This document shows positions 14,801-16,073 of a stretch of 16,073 nt of DNA, in pieces. Origin of the DNA: a virus (lineage: Duplodnaviria; Heunggongvirae; Uroviricota; Caudoviricetes); IMG/VR virus record IMGVR_UViG_2923307698_000005, one strand, 5' to 3'. Each line of letters starts with the position of its first letter. Position 1 is the stretch's first letter. The notes under the pieces are model-generated. The model searched no databases. It was not told the DNA's origin and worked only from the letters and a program-made list of their open reading frames with translations. The position numbers and the translations under genes are program-made.

Positions 14801-14843
14801 TTCGCATATCCAGTATGCGCATACTGAAAAAACACGAAAAAAA

Positions 14844-16073
14844 TTATTTTCTTCTGGCTACTGGTAGTGCGGTTACGTTTTCATGTGTTCCCGCCAGTAT
14901 CCCTAACCGCTCCATCCACATATCCAGCGCATTGCGTTTAGCATCCAGATAACGGGAATGATTATAAACTCGCTGCATTCCTGGCATCTGGTGGCCTGTA
15001 AGCTGCTCCACGACGTGAGGATCCACGCCTAAATCGTTCAGCATCGTTGTAAAGGTGCGCCGGATGTCATGTAGTGACCAGTGAGGGTGATTTAGCCTCC
15101 TGTGCGCTAATCTGCCGTACTGCGACACGCTTGTTTCCTGTTTCACTTCCCCCAGCAATAAGCCCGTGTGCCTGTTCTGCTCCACCAGCTGCGTGACGAA
15201 CGGCAGTATTGCTTCCGGTATGGGCCGGAATATGGCTACCTTCGTTTTGCTGTGCTCCTTCGGAACAGTCCAGAGCATTTCGGTAAAATCCCACTCGCCG
15301 ATCTCCGATAACCTAAGTTCGACCGTCCGGCATCCGAACACAATCAGGAGGCGGATTAGCGCGATGTAGTAGGGGGAGAATATTTTTTTGTCCAGTGCCT
15401 GCAATAATTCGCCAAGTTCTTTGTTGCTTAAGACACGCTCGCTTATATCCGGTTTTTTCCCAACGTCCGCCACACTCATATCATCAAGAACGTTGCTGAT
15501 TGCATAGCGCCGCTTCCGGCAGAACTTAAGCGCCTGCTTGCATGTCTGTAGCAGGAACCCGGCGGAAACAGGGGCTTGCTTTGCCACCCGATCAAAACAG
15601 GCCAGCCAGTGCCGTAGCTCGCATTTATCCAGCGGCATAGGGCCAATGTGCTGTATTACGTGATTATTTAGCCGCTTTTTCAGTGGGTCATAATCCACAC
15701 GGTTTTCCTTTGCGTACGACTCAAGCCAGTAGGTGAGCGCATCACCAACCGTTACCGGCTTTAACGCTTCCTGTACGGTGTAATTAAGCTCATGACGTGG
15801 ATTTTTCCCCTCTGCCAGCCATGCGCGACACTGGGCGGCTTTTTCCCTGGCTGATTTCAGGCTCAGATCAGGATAATTTCCCAGCTTAATGCGTTCCGGT
15901 GGTGCCCCCCTTCCCGTTCCGGCCCTGTAAGTGAAATACCAGGTTAAAAGGCCACTGGTTGAATGCCTGACGCTCAGGTTTCCACCGTCATTAAGAAAGG
16001 CTGTTTTTTGGGCGGGTGTGCCGTTGATTTTCCTCAGCTGTGTATCGCTCAGTTTGTTAAGTGCTCTGCTCAT
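14844..16073 (-). CDS. Tyrosine site-specific integrase, P4-like (409 aa)
   Basis: Catalytic-domain motifs near the C-terminus (HDIRRTF, GHQMPGMQRVYNHSRY) and an N-terminal DNA-binding region. The ATG is the reverse complement of the last three bases of the window. Confidence 0.93.
   Translation of the reverse strand: MSRALNKLSDTQLRKINGTPAQKTAFLNDGGNLSVRHSTSGLLTWYFTYRAGTGRGAPPERIKLGNYPDLSLKSAREKAAQCRAWLAEGKNPRHELNYTVQEALKPVTVGDALTYWLESYAKENRVDYDPLKKRLNNHVIQHIGPMPLDKCELRHWLACFDRVAKQAPVSAGFLLQTCKQALKFCRKRRYAISNVLDDMSVADVGKKPDISERVLSNKELGELLQALDKKIFSPYYIALIRLLIVFGCRTVELRLSEIGEWDFTEMLWTVPKEHSKTKVAIFRPIPEAILPFVTQLVEQNRHTGLLLGEVKQETSVSQYGRLAHRRLNHPHWSLHDIRRTFTTMLNDLGVDPHVVEQLTGHQMPGMQRVYNHSRYLDAKRNALDMWMERLGILAGTHENVTALPVARRK

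Larger units (their letters stand above)
1462..16073 (-). mobile_element. Integrated phage satellite, capsid-forming PICI-like (integrase, AlpA, replication ATPase with origin, head and packaging genes, no tail or lysis genes). Extends past the right window edge; the left boundary lies somewhere in 1462-2197.
   Basis: Gene content and order seen in the six-frame translations. The integrase start codon is the last three bases of the window, so the integrase-proximal att site is outside the window. Boundaries cannot be fixed without the second att copy. Confidence 0.75.

Noticed and set aside
1-16073. tRNA or tmRNA gene as the integration target
   Set aside because: No cloverleaf-like sequence with a tRNA-type 3' end was seen near either junction. 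This was a visual scan only and a dedicated tRNA search should confirm.
1-16073. The GGAACAA 7-mer alone as a significant motif
   Set aside because: Extra copies occur inside coding regions (for example near 3593, 4774 and 10774), so the 7-mer is not rare. Only the 10-bp-phased arrays with extended flanking identity are reported.

Overview
The window holds the 3' end of the chromosomal phoPQ operon (complete phoQ, 1-1461) followed by a roughly 14.6 kb integrated element that runs to the window edge. Reading the element right to left (its direction of transcription): tyrosine integrase, AlpA-family regulator, a plus-strand Arc-like ribbon-helix-helix gene with a small partner ORF, five coupled small ORFs of unknown function, a RepA/DnaB-like replication ATPase followed by an iteron-type origin, two small ORFs, SSB and a PerC-like regulator. 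After an intrinsic terminator comes a head-only morphogenesis and packaging operon: HK97-fold major capsid, prohead protease, portal, head closure, head-tail connector, HNH endonuclease, TerS and TerL. No tail, baseplate or lysis genes are present. The best-supported reading is a phage satellite of the capsid-forming PICI type, inserted directly downstream of phoQ. The non-obvious signals are: 10-bp-phased GAACAA repeat arrays at three control points, paired operator-like palindromes in a divergent control region, a candidate small RNA with an extended -10 promoter and its own terminator, a dense palindrome array at the phoQ junction, and several accessory ORFs with no recognisable family. All calls rest on reading the sequence and the six-frame translations by eye; no database search or fold prediction was run. 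In the ORF track, GTG and TTG starts are shown as M, so several starts were re-placed on the nearest ATG with a ribosome-binding site.
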